DNA from: Methanocella sp. | Lineage (GTDB): Archaea > Thermoproteota > Bathyarchaeia > Bathyarchaeales > Bathycorpusculaceae | Direction of reading: 5' to 3' | NCBI GenBank assembly: GCA_050261115.1 | Contig: JBLNCY010000038.1 | Location: forward strand, 1 to 46,739 | DNA length: 46,739 bases | Shown: positions 38,286-46,739 of the stretch, one piece after another | How the letters are laid out: each line of letters opens with the position of its first letter | Numbering within the stretch: the first letter of the stretch is position 1 | Translations under genes and position numbers: made by a program | The notes under the pieces: generated by a model | What the model was told of the DNA's origin: nothing | The model's input: only the letters and a program-made list of their open reading frames with translations | Database searches by the model: none

Positions 38286-38849
38286 ATGAGTAAACGTAAA
38301 CCAATCATCAGCATCCAAAACATAGTCGCTTCAGTTTCTCTTAACCAAAAAATCGACTTACAGAAAATCGTCGAAAAATTCCCCCAAACCGAATACAACC
38401 CCAGCGTCTTTCCTGGACTAGTATTCCGCCTAAAAAAACCTAAAACCGCTACCCTCATTTTCGGTACGGGCAAGATGGTCTGTACGGGCGCGAAATCCGA
38501 AAAGGAATCCCGTAGTGCAGTCGAAAAAGTCGTAAAAGAACTCCGCAGTGAAGGCATTCAAATCACAGAAAAACCAATCGTAAACATTCAAAACATCGTT
38601 GCCTCAGCAGAACTAGGCGGAGAAATCGACTTGGAAAGCTTAGTCTACAAACTCAGCCATGTAATGTATGAACCCGAGCAATTCCCCGGTGCAGTCTACC
38701 GCATGGATGACCCCAAAGTCGTATTCCTAATCTTTAGTGCAGGCAAACTTGTGTGTGTCGGCGCAAAGAAGGAAGAGCAAGTCTACGAGGCTGTTGACAA
38801 AATACAGCAGATCCTTGAAGAAAAAGAGCTTATCTACTACCCCTCTTAA
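38286..38849 (+). CDS. tbp: TATA-box-binding protein
   Basis: Two repeats 'IQNIVAS...YNPSVFPGL...LIFGTGKMVCTGAK' and 'IQNIVAS...YEPEQFPG...LIFSAGKLVCVGAK'. Confidence 0.98.
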   Translation: MSKRKPIISIQNIVASVSLNQKIDLQKIVEKFPQTEYNPSVFPGLVFRLKKPKTATLIFGTGKMVCTGAKSEKESRSAVEKVVKELRSEGIQITEKPIVNIQNIVASAELGGEIDLESLVYKLSHVMYEPEQFPGAVYRMDDPKVVFLIFSAGKLVCVGAKKEEQVYEAVDKIQQILEEKELIYYPS

Positions 38850-38857
38850 ACCTTTTT

Positions 38858-39562
38858 TTAACCCCTTATTCGGCGGCGAACCGCAGGGTTTGCCCAAGCC
38901 AACCTTTTTAGCACACCCTCAAAAGTTTCATCAGGTGCTAACTCCCTTTTGATGAAAACGCCTGTTCTGCCGACGCTGTCACGTTTCATAAGTGCATGGA
39001 CGCGGTCCAGAACCGTCTCAGAAGAGATTCCCAGTAGCCTAGCCACGTGCTCTTCTTTACCGATGATGCTGCTCTCAACATGCCCCTTATCTGTTGGTTC
39101 AATAAGCATTAACCGTTTATCGACACCTGCCATGCGGACATCTGCTTGGAGTTGGGCAAGGTTTGCTTCTCCGCCAAAGCGATAGAATTCCCTCTCCACA
39201 CGGCGCAACTCCATAAGTGGGAACGTTACAGTGGTGTTCTCGTCGATTTCGATGTGGGCTTTCATGGCATAGTTAGGTGTGGCCTGCACAAGAAACCTCG
39301 AATTGAATCTGATGTTTGCTTTTTCTAGGGCGATTTCAACCCTAAAACTGCTCTCCACAGTTGGGATGAAAACGTCGATGTCGCTGTCCTCTTTTACGTC
39401 TCCCCTGGCTAGGCTACCATGAACAACTGGTTGCAAATGCGCTGATTCTAACGCGTTCATAACTGGCAGGGCTTTTGCACGGAGTTCTCTAAGCTTAGCC
39501 CAGTGTATAGCGGAGTATGTGACTTCGTTATATTCTCCGCCTTTTGTTGGTTTAACAGCCAT
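38858..39562 (-). CDS. Archaeal Pol-beta-type nucleotidyltransferase domain protein (COG2413-like)
   Basis: 'HGSLARGDVKEDSDIDVFI', 'EFYRFGG', 'GVDKRL', 'GRTGVF'. Confidence 0.85.
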   Translation of the reverse strand: MAVKPTKGGEYNEVTYSAIHWAKLRELRAKALPVMNALESAHLQPVVHGSLARGDVKEDSDIDVFIPTVESSFRVEIALEKANIRFNSRFLVQATPNYAMKAHIEIDENTTVTFPLMELRRVEREFYRFGGEANLAQLQADVRMAGVDKRLMLIEPTDKGHVESSIIGKEEHVARLLGISSETVLDRVHALMKRDSVGRTGVFIKRELAPDETFEGVLKRLAWANPAVRRRIRG

Positions 39563-39968
39563 ATTTCCCCAGCTAAATCATGCCTAAGAGCGACATCGTT
39601 TATTTACCTAACCCGTGAGAAAACTCCCAGACGTCTATACCTTCCTTGCCGAAAACAGTCAATGAGCGGATGTTTGTGAGTGGTTTAGGCTAGGGGTCTG
39701 ATGCAAAAAATGTTAAGGTCTGAACACTGAGGTTCACGCTTCTTTCTTGATAAAAAAAATTTTTGTCTGTCAGTAATACTATACTGCAGTTTTTGTTATC
39801 CCTTAACTAAGACAAACAAATGGAACTTCTACAGGACAGATTTCAGTGTCTGCACCAGTATAGTACACCATTATTTTAAAACTGTGAAAAAAGAGGTTGA
39901 AGGAGAAGATGCAAACGGAGGATAAGGAATATTTACTTATATTATCACAAATAGTGCGTGACTCATTG

Positions 39969-40907
39969 ATGACGCCGCCTGTTTGCAGTGTCTGCCATAA
40001 GCACCCAGCCTTTTACTTTAGGAAGTACTCTGGGGAACGCCTTTGCAAGAAATGCTTCACTGCATCCGTCGAAGTCAAAGTTAGAGCCACAATCACACGT
40101 CACCACATGCTCAAATTCGACGATCATCTGGCTGTGGCAGTATCGGGCGGAAAAGACAGCCTAACCCTACTATACATACTAGCAAAACTACGCAAATACC
40201 GACCTAAAACACGCCTAACCGCCGTCACCGTTGATGAAGGCATAAAAGGCTACCGCGACGAAGCCCTATCTATCGCCTCAGAGCTATGCAAAAACCTCGA
40301 AGTGCCCCATCACATTGTCTCATTTAAGCAACTCTACGGCTTTACTCTTGATGAAATTGTCGAAAAAGCCCAACGCAGCGGACAAGTGAAACTTACCCCC
40401 TGCGCCTACTGCGGTGTACTCCGTAGAAGAGCGATTAACGCTGGTGCAAGGGAAGTTAAAGCCACAAAAGTCGCCACAGGACACACCCTAGACGATGAAG
40501 CACAAACCGTCCTTATGAATATACTCAGAGGCGACATAGCGCGACTATCAAAAGAGGCACCCATAACCGCTGAAGTACATCCCCTGTTTGTCCAGAAAAT
40601 TAAGCCCCTTTGCGAGATTCCCGAAAAAGAAAGCGCCCTCTACGCCTATGCCAAGAAAATCGCATTCCAAGACACCCCCTGCCCATATGCCAACGAAGCA
40701 CTCCGCAACGACATCCGAGGAATGCTAAACCGGATGGAAGAGAAACATGCTGGAACCAAATTCACCGTGCAACGCGCATTCGAAAAGCTACGCCCAGCCA
40801 TAACAGAAACCGCAAAGAAAGAAGACTTCAAAATCTGCCGAGAATGCGGCGAACCATCCACCGCTGACCTATGCAAAGCATGCGAAATGCTAAACAGTCT
40901 CCGCTAA
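39969..40907 (+). CDS. ncsA: tRNA 2-thiolation protein (TIGR00269; NcsA/TtuA/Ctu1 family)
   Basis: N- and C-terminal Zn fingers, PP-loop 'AVSGGKDS', 'CAYCGVLRR', 'TGHTLDD', 'CPYA'; ATG 39969. Confidence 0.92.
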   Translation: MTPPVCSVCHKHPAFYFRKYSGERLCKKCFTASVEVKVRATITRHHMLKFDDHLAVAVSGGKDSLTLLYILAKLRKYRPKTRLTAVTVDEGIKGYRDEALSIASELCKNLEVPHHIVSFKQLYGFTLDEIVEKAQRSGQVKLTPCAYCGVLRRRAINAGAREVKATKVATGHTLDDEAQTVLMNILRGDIARLSKEAPITAEVHPLFVQKIKPLCEIPEKESALYAYAKKIAFQDTPCPYANEALRNDIRGMLNRMEEKHAGTKFTVQRAFEKLRPAITETAKKEDFKICRECGEPSTADLCKACEMLNSLR

Positions 40908-40909
40908 CG

Positions 40910-41110
40910 CTACCTGTCAAAGCCACGTTCAGCTTTTAGATGCTTTAATATTTCTGAGGCTTCAAACGCGTTTTCTGCCGCTGCAATCCGCTGTGCTTTT
41001 TGCAAATTAACTTTTGTGCCACAGTAAGGGCAGCCTTTGCTTTTCTGTATGGTGCCTGCAAGGATGTATTTGCCGCATTTTGGGCATCGGTAGATAGCTG
41101 TGGGCGCCAT
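40910..41110 (-). CDS. Small zinc-ribbon protein (DUF1922-like)
   Basis: 'RCPKCGKY...KGCPYCG'; ATG 41110. Confidence 0.8.
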   Translation of the reverse strand: MAPTAIYRCPKCGKYILAGTIQKSKGCPYCGTKVNLQKAQRIAAAENAFEASEILKHLKAERGFDR

Positions 41111-41148
41111 ATTGAACCGCTTCCTCAACAAGAGTTTCGTATGCTTTT

Positions 41149-41823
41149 TTATTTTATGGGTTGCCCGTCTGTTTTTGTTGCGTGGACTATTACCCATGGG
41201 CTGAGACTTGGAATTCTCCTAAACCCCAACGCCCATTCCAGTTTTGCCAGTAGGGGTATGAGGGGGTTTTGAGACATTCGCCCAAAAAGAAGCCAGTTAT
41301 AGCCCGTCTTCTTCACAACAGAAAAATTCGACCTCTTTAGCGTGTTTATAACGTTGCTGTAGGCGTGGGTGTATGATTTTCCGCTGAGTTGCCTTAGTTT
41401 AGCTTTTAGGCTTGATCGGTTACCGAAAGAGAGGATGAGTGGGCTTTTGGGTTTTAAGGTTCGGTGTGCTTCTTGAAAGACCATTTGCAGTTCGGGGATG
41501 TAGTCTAGGACTTCAATCATTGTGATAGCGTCAAAAAGGCCGTCTTTTAGGGGGAGGTGTCTGGCGTCGGCTTGGACGATGAGGGTATCGGGCGCCTTCT
41601 TTTGTAGTCTTTTTAGGGCTTTTTTGTCTATGTCTATGCTTACCGTTTGCGCGTTCGAGCTAAGCTGAGAGAATCGTCCCGCTTCCGCGCCCACGTCCAA
41701 TACCATTTCTAGCGAGTTAGCGCCTAGGCTGTTTTTGATAAATTGAACTTCGACTTGGGTAATGTATTTGCCCATTCGGGTTTTAGCTACCTGCTCCCAA
41801 TGGGTTTCTTCAGTTTGCGCCAC
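41149..41823 (-). CDS. Class I SAM-dependent methyltransferase
   Basis: 'VLDVGAEAG', 'IDID', 'QADARHLPLKDGLFDAI', 'RTLKP'. Confidence 0.88.
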   Translation of the reverse strand: MAQTEETHWEQVAKTRMGKYITQVEVQFIKNSLGANSLEMVLDVGAEAGRFSQLSSNAQTVSIDIDKKALKRLQKKAPDTLIVQADARHLPLKDGLFDAITMIEVLDYIPELQMVFQEAHRTLKPKSPLILSFGNRSSLKAKLRQLSGKSYTHAYSNVINTLKRSNFSVVKKTGYNWLLFGRMSQNPLIPLLAKLEWALGFRRIPSLSPWVIVHATKTDGQPIK

Positions 41824-42038
41824 AATTCTTCCCTGCTGCCACCTTACCCTCTTTACGGGGTCGCTTGGATGTATGGATGGAAATAACGGTGCGGCTATTT
41901 ATTGCTTGTTTAAACTACCCTTCCATATTTAGTAGGTCTGAAATCTACGGGTCGCTTTTTTCCTGAAGGATTGGATAGAAAGACTTTTCCGCAAACAAAC
42001 AGATAACATCCTAGATACAGCGAAAGGGAAGCGCAAGC

Positions 42039-42395
42039 ATGAGCAGTGAAGACAAAGAGCAGCGTTCACCGCTATTGGATTTAGCCGCAGCATACTTTAA
42101 GAAAGAAGGCTATAAAGTCAACAGCGAAAACGTAATGCTTGAAGGCAACAGCGGAGTACTACGCCACTTCGACTTGATAGTGCAGAAAGGCCGCTACGAG
42201 CAGGGCGTCTGGGTCCGGGACTGGAACCGCACCATAGGCGTCAACGTAATAATCAACCTAGACACGGCCTCAGAAGACGTCGGATTGTCCAATCCAATCA
42301 TGATTGGCGAAAAATTCAGCGACCATGCCAAATCCTACAGCAACAGACGCAAAATTACCCTGCTGACTAAGCAAAAAATCGGCAGTTTCCGCTAA
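42039..42395 (+). CDS. Mrr-like restriction-endonuclease-fold protein, degenerate active site
   Basis: 'YFKKEGYKV...GNSG..RHFDLIV...VWVRDW...IG...FSDHAKSY...ITLL' follows the Mrr_cat pattern. Confidence 0.7.
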   Translation: MSSEDKEQRSPLLDLAAAYFKKEGYKVNSENVMLEGNSGVLRHFDLIVQKGRYEQGVWVRDWNRTIGVNVIINLDTASEDVGLSNPIMIGEKFSDHAKSYSNRRKITLLTKQKIGSFR

Positions 42396-42979
42396 AACTT
42401 ATGCTTTAGGTACTCATCAAGTACGCCTTCATGTTCTAAGGTACCCATCCAATCAACAAACCCAACAAAGCAAGCCTTCCGCTTCTCCAGTATGGCAACT
42501 ATTTCCTCAACCACTGCCTCAACTGGTTTACCTGTGATATCTAATTCACATACTCGCCCCGCATGAAATTGCACCGCCTCGCCCAAACAGACATCTATTA
42601 TTTCCGCCTCAAGATTCTCCCAAAGCTTAACGCCACAATAGCCCCGTTGCTCCATGAACTGCTTAAGCTCCCTGGGATGCCTGCGAAGAACAAATACTTG
42701 GGTGACAAAGCGCTTGGGGGTCACTGCGGCAGCGTAATGGCCGTCAATGACTATGCGGTCGTTCTTGGAGGCATCGATGGTGTTTTCGAGGCTTTGCCGC
42801 ATCGCTTCCTCGTCGATAATGGTGGTGGCGCGGTCGGGGTCTTGGGCAAGAGTTAAGTTGTTAGCCATGGCATAATCGGTTAGATTGATGTATTCTGCAT
42901 TTAGTTTTGCTGCAAGGGCCTTTGCCGTGGTGGTTTTGCCCACACTGGGGGTGCCAGTGATGAGGATGATGCGTTTCAT
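42392..42979 (-). CDS. Adenylate kinase/ATPase, AK6/Fap7 family
   Basis: 'ITGTPSVGKTT', 'IDGHY', 'VLRRHP...RGY...ENLEAE'. Confidence 0.9.
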   Translation of the reverse strand: MKRIILITGTPSVGKTTTAKALAAKLNAEYINLTDYAMANNLTLAQDPDRATTIIDEEAMRQSLENTIDASKNDRIVIDGHYAAAVTPKRFVTQVFVLRRHPRELKQFMEQRGYCGVKLWENLEAEIIDVCLGEAVQFHAGRVCELDITGKPVEAVVEEIVAILEKRKACFVGFVDWMGTLEHEGVLDEYLKHKF

Positions 42980-43071
42980 GGATGGTTCTTAGTAGCTGAG
43001 CTATATGGCTCTACCTATCCAATAATATTTAAAAACAGCCATCCAATCAACACTAGATGGAAGTGTGATTT

Positions 43072-43329
43072 TTGCCAAAATATCTAGTAAACTCTGCCAT
43101 TTTAAAATCCGAAAACAACCCCCAAGCCTGCGCTGAAGGCGCCGCAAAGATGCTATCCAAAGGAAAAATAAAAGACGTAGAAGCAAAAGCCTGCTATTGC
43201 TGCAGAGGGGAGAATCGGGTGGCGTTCGTAATTGAGGGACCAAACCAAGAGCGCGTTCTATCCGTCTTGCAAGAGCAGCTAAACATACCTGTGGAGTCCA
43301 TCTCGGAAGTAGAAGAAGTCACTGCTTAA
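43072..43329 (+). CDS. Small Cys-containing hypothetical protein (DUF4242-like fold possible)
   Basis: 'MPKYLV...ACYCC...VAFVIEGPN...IPVESISEV'; TATA-like TTTAAAA upstream. Confidence 0.6.
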   Translation: MPKYLVNSAILKSENNPQACAEGAAKMLSKGKIKDVEAKACYCCRGENRVAFVIEGPNQERVLSVLQEQLNIPVESISEVEEVTA

Positions 43330-43877
43330 CCCAGAACCTCTCTAGCTGCCCTAAGGTAGGTTTCGAGGTCTCGATCAGAAAACAGAACCATCGTGACCTT
43401 CTCTATTTTATTCTCCTGCTTCAAATAGTCCTTGATGGCTTTGAGGGCGACGCGGCTTGCCTCCTCCTTAGGATACCCATAGGCGCCTGTGCTAATTGAG
43501 GGAAACGCAACTGACCTCAAACCATATGATGCCGCAAGCTTGAGCGAGTTCCAATATGCACGTCTTAGCAGTTTTGCTTCGTCATGTACGCCTCCACGCC
43601 AAATCGGCCCAACCGTATGAATCACATTTTTTGCTTTTAGGTTACCTGCGGTGGTAATCACGGCGTTTCCTGTGGGTAACCCATCAGGCCACTGCGTCTC
43701 CCTTAGGCGTTTGCATTCCTCAAGAATTCTGGGGCCTCCTTTGCTGTGTATGGCGCCGTCTACTCCGCCGCCTCCAAGCAGAGTTTCATTTGCTGCATTA
43801 ACGATGGCGTCGGCGGCTATGTTGGTTATATCATCTTTTATTAGCATGAGGGTTGCGTTTGCAATTTTAAATTCCAT
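43326..43877 (-). CDS. ymdB: Macro domain O-acetyl-ADP-ribose deacetylase
   Basis: 'DIT', 'AIVNAAN..LLGGGGVDGAIH', 'VIHTVGP', 'AFPSISTGAYGYP'. Confidence 0.92.
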   Translation of the reverse strand: MEFKIANATLMLIKDDITNIAADAIVNAANETLLGGGGVDGAIHSKGGPRILEECKRLRETQWPDGLPTGNAVITTAGNLKAKNVIHTVGPIWRGGVHDEAKLLRRAYWNSLKLAASYGLRSVAFPSISTGAYGYPKEEASRVALKAIKDYLKQENKIEKVTMVLFSDRDLETYLRAAREVLG

Positions 43878-43908
43878 ATTCTACCCTTACTGCAGGCAGG
43901 CATTTAAA

Positions 43909-44541
43909 TTATGCCAGCAACGCCCAAACCGCACTACCCATAAAGTACAAGCCGAACCCAACAAACACGACAGTACAGAACAAGTTAATACCGAAGCGTA
44001 CCTTGTCGTTCCAGAACCGCTGAGACTTAAACACCACAAACGCTGCAACCGTATAATACGCAAAGTCAGTGAACCAATGAACACCCGCAAAAACCGTGAA
44101 GCCTAAGAACCCAAACAGTTGAGCATTAAGCACAAGCGCCATCCCCACAGTCAACCACCACAAAATAAACCCCGCATTAATCGCCGTCGTGTAGGCACCA
44201 GCGAGAACCGTATCCCGCCTAGGACTAAGCATCGCCCTTGCAGGCTTTTTTTGGCTCCTAAACATCTGGATCCCCATAAGAACCATCATGCCACCCCCAA
44301 CCAAACCAACCCCCACATGCACTATGCTTGGAACCTCAAACATACTAAGCACAAAGAAAATCAGAAACATCAAGGGAAACTCAACTAGGCCGTGCCCAAG
44401 CGCTATTAGGGCTCCTGCGTACTTGCTCTTTTCAGCCTGCTTGACTGTAACAGCAAATAAGGGCCCAGGCATAAGAACCCCCGAAAGCGAAATCAGCAGC
44501 ACAGACCCAAGAAACATGGGAAAGTCGGTGATAAACGCCAC
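43909..44541 (-). CDS. LysE family transporter
   Basis: 'SGVLMPGPL', 'GHGLVE', 'WWLTVG'; about 6 TM. Confidence 0.88.
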   Translation of the reverse strand: MAFITDFPMFLGSVLLISLSGVLMPGPLFAVTVKQAEKSKYAGALIALGHGLVEFPLMFLIFFVLSMFEVPSIVHVGVGLVGGGMMVLMGIQMFRSQKKPARAMLSPRRDTVLAGAYTTAINAGFILWWLTVGMALVLNAQLFGFLGFTVFAGVHWFTDFAYYTVAAFVVFKSQRFWNDKVRFGINLFCTVVFVGFGLYFMGSAVWALLA

Positions 44542-44547
44542 TCTGCA

Positions 44548-45132
44548 TCATTCCCATTCTATGCCCTTTGTCGGCTCACGTGTTTTGGTCTGCAGAAGGC
44601 TTTTTTGCATTTCAATGATTTCCGTGCTATCCTTAGCCGTAGCATACTGGTCTAGCAGAGTCTGGTTGATTTCAAAGAAGGTGTGGCCCCAAGGAAAAAT
44701 ATCAAGCAACGCTTTAGCCTCAGCCTGAAAACCCGTAATGTATAGCGTCGCCGCGATTGCTTCTGCGGTTGAGAGCTTTGTGAGTTTACCGTAGTTGACG
44801 GGGTTACCTGCAATCAATATCGGGAGGGTGCGGCTTGTGCCCCTAACGTGCTCGCCCATGACTTTCTCGGCATGCTCCCAACTGCAATCAAGCGCCACAA
44901 CACCAAACTGCTCCACACGTTCACGATCCGCCGGTGAGAGGGCAATTTTACTAAAGGGATTGAGAACAACAGCACGCCTAGGCAAAAACCTGATCTTGGT
45001 TACAATACGTGCAAACCCCCGACGGCCAAGACGTAGTGCAGTGTTCTTTTTCGGGTCGTCCTGTGCGGCATGGTAAATGGTTATCCGAATCGGAAACGCA
45101 GCTTGGGCTTGTGTCTCGGTGTCATTGCCCAC
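44548..45132 (-). CDS. tsr3: 16S rRNA aminocarboxypropyltransferase (DUF367)
   Basis: 'QDDPKKNTA', 'LSPADR', 'LDCSW', 'LPILIAGNPVNYG...LSTAEA', 'FPWGHTF'. Confidence 0.94.
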   Translation of the reverse strand: MGNDTETQAQAAFPIRITIYHAAQDDPKKNTALRLGRRGFARIVTKIRFLPRRAVVLNPFSKIALSPADRERVEQFGVVALDCSWEHAEKVMGEHVRGTSRTLPILIAGNPVNYGKLTKLSTAEAIAATLYITGFQAEAKALLDIFPWGHTFFEINQTLLDQYATAKDSTEIIEMQKSLLQTKTREPTKGIEWE

Positions 45133-46669
45133 TTGGGTTTTTCACCTTCAAGTGTTCCATGGGTCTATCGAGGAACAAAGGAATGTATTTTATGATGTCG
45201 GATGCCGCCATGTGGTAGCCAATGTTTGACGTCACAAAGTCGCCTGCCGCTCCATTAACGAATGCCCCGACAACCGCTGCCTCAAAGGGATCGGCATGTA
45301 GCGCCATCAACCCAGCGACAATTCCAGCCAGAACGTCACCTGTGCCGCCGACCGTCATGCCGGGATTGCCCGTGAAATTAAGCTTGGTTTTTTCGCCATT
45401 GGAGATGATATCGACTTTGCCTTTCAGCAGTATGGTCGCGTTTAGCTTCTTGGCGACGTTTTTTATGGCTGCAGCTTTTTCCTCAAGGCTTTCGGGCAGG
45501 GTTTCGCCTGTGAGTATGCCGTATTCGCCTGCGTGGGGCGTTAACACCAACGGCACCTTTAGTGGCCGTTTGAATTTTGCAAACGCTTTCAACCCGTCGG
45601 CATCCAGCAGCAACGGTTTACCTGCCCGCTCGACCAAGGCAATAACCTTTTCAGAAAACGCCTGTGTTTCCTCGGCTAAACCCATACCCGGCCCCAAGGC
45701 AACAACACCCACCGCTTTTATGTACGGTTCGAGTGCGCTGACGTTTGCGGGATTGAGGTTGTCACCTTCGAGCTTTATCGTGATCAAATCTGGCGAAATC
45801 GAGGTTATTTCGTAAGCGTTTTTCTGCGGAGTCGCCAAATACACAAGGTCTACGCCTGAACGCATGGCGGCCATGGAAACCAACGTGGGCGCCCCCGAGT
45901 AAACAGCGCTTCCACCAATAACTAGCAGTCGCCCAAAGTCGCCTTTATGCCCCGTCGGACTTCGAGGCTTAACCGCTAAAGCAACATCGCCCGGTCCAGA
46001 AAACCGCTCGAACTCGGAAGGCAAACCGATGTCGCCTACGACGACTTCACCGACGTATTTCTTGGCGTTTTCAAGGCCCTGCTTAGCTTTATGGAAAGTC
46101 ACCGTCAAATCCGCCGCCACAGCAGTTCCTAAGACCTCGCCAGTATCGGAATCTATTCCCGTAGGAACATCAACGGCGACTTTAAAGCCCCGCATGGCGT
46201 TAATGGCGTCAACAACTTGGCTCATGGGTGCCTTTAGTTTACCCTTCGTTCCCGTACCCAACAAAGCGTCGATAATCACGTCAGCTTCGACTTTGGGTAT
46301 TGCTGTGCTGTCTGTGATTTCAACGATGGGAACCTTGCCCTGTAGCGCCCGTAAAATGGCATAGTTCTTCTTGGCTGATTCATGGTTAACATCGCGTCCT
46401 TTTCCAACCAAAAACACGGAGACCTCAAAACCAGCCGCCAGCAGATGCCGTGCCGCTACAAAACCATCTCCGCCATTTCCGCCAAGCCCACAAAAGATCG
46501 CAACCTTGCCGCCCTTGGCAGAACGCTTGATTACCTCTTGGGCAACGTTGCGTCCTGCGAGTTCCATGAGCTGGAGCAGGCTGACGCCAAAGTATTCTGC
46601 GTTTACTTCTAAAGCTCGCATCTCTCGGCTTGAAATATGGTGGTTTTGGTTTTTCATAGTGACGCCCAC
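45122..46669 (-). CDS. nnr: Bifunctional NAD(P)H-hydrate epimerase/dehydratase
   Basis: YjeF_N 'LMELAG', 'GGNGGDG', 'DALLGTG', 'VDVPTG'; kinase-like 'HKGDFG', 'LDADGL', 'LTPHAGE', 'GGTGDVLAG'. Confidence 0.95.
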   Translation of the reverse strand: MGVTMKNQNHHISSREMRALEVNAEYFGVSLLQLMELAGRNVAQEVIKRSAKGGKVAIFCGLGGNGGDGFVAARHLLAAGFEVSVFLVGKGRDVNHESAKKNYAILRALQGKVPIVEITDSTAIPKVEADVIIDALLGTGTKGKLKAPMSQVVDAINAMRGFKVAVDVPTGIDSDTGEVLGTAVAADLTVTFHKAKQGLENAKKYVGEVVVGDIGLPSEFERFSGPGDVALAVKPRSPTGHKGDFGRLLVIGGSAVYSGAPTLVSMAAMRSGVDLVYLATPQKNAYEITSISPDLITIKLEGDNLNPANVSALEPYIKAVGVVALGPGMGLAEETQAFSEKVIALVERAGKPLLLDADGLKAFAKFKRPLKVPLVLTPHAGEYGILTGETLPESLEEKAAAIKNVAKKLNATILLKGKVDIISNGEKTKLNFTGNPGMTVGGTGDVLAGIVAGLMALHADPFEAAVVGAFVNGAAGDFVTSNIGYHMAASDIIKYIPLFLDRPMEHLKVKNPSGQ

Positions 46670-46738
46670 CTACCAATTGGCTTCATGATAAGATAAGCCT
46701 ATCCATGGGCTGTATACAAAAGCATCTCCCAACAAACT
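46670..46738 (-). CDS. Probable C-terminal fragment of an upstream gene (truncated by the window edge)
   Basis: Open frame SLLGDAFVYSPWIGLSYHEANW* whose TAG (46670-46672) abuts the nnr GTG. Confidence 0.35.
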   Translation of the reverse strand, partial: SLLGDAFVYSPWIGLSYHEANW

Positions 46739-46739
46739 T

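Noticed and set aside
41149-42395. Methyltransferase plus Mrr-like gene as a restriction-modification system
   Set aside because: The methyltransferase is a small-molecule type lacking DPPY/NPPY or PC motifs, and the nuclease motif is degenerate
45222-45815. 197-aa plus-strand ORF (and the other short antisense or off-frame ORFs in the track)
   Set aside because: Overlap well-supported genes on the other strand or frame

Overview
Archaeal chromosomal window with no rRNA, tRNA, CRISPR array or recognisable transposase. TBP, pelota, Tsr3, NcsA/TtuA, AK6-type kinase, TATA-box/leaderless promoters and overall gene content indicate an archaeon, most likely Bathyarchaeia (inference). The centrepiece (14575-24256) is a 10-gene operon in complex I/Fpo order (A-B-CD-H-I-J-K-L-M-N). 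Its fused C/D subunit keeps both [NiFe]-binding CxxC motifs, so it is a group 4 energy-converting hydrogenase on a full three-antiporter membrane arm. It has no NuoEFG/FpoF module, and its M, N and I subunits carry non-canonical residues. Flanking genes cover pyrimidine synthesis (pyrD/pyrK), proline synthesis (proBA), adenine salvage (mtnP-apt), a K+-independent membrane pyrophosphatase, an ABC importer with no adjacent binding protein, an aquaporin, a B12-radical SAM enzyme, HtrA and RNA-modification or repair genes. Four items are missing from the ORF track: (i) a complete mini-gene (TATA, RBS, terminator) for the 16-aa peptide MPKAAKKAAKSAKKKK; (ii) a dispersed intergenic repeat of about 45-65 nt in four copies; (iii) a frameshifted YegP/DUF1508 gene; (iv) a roughly 155-nt intergenic segment with two competing sets of stems. 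All family calls come from motif recognition by eye; no database searches were run.
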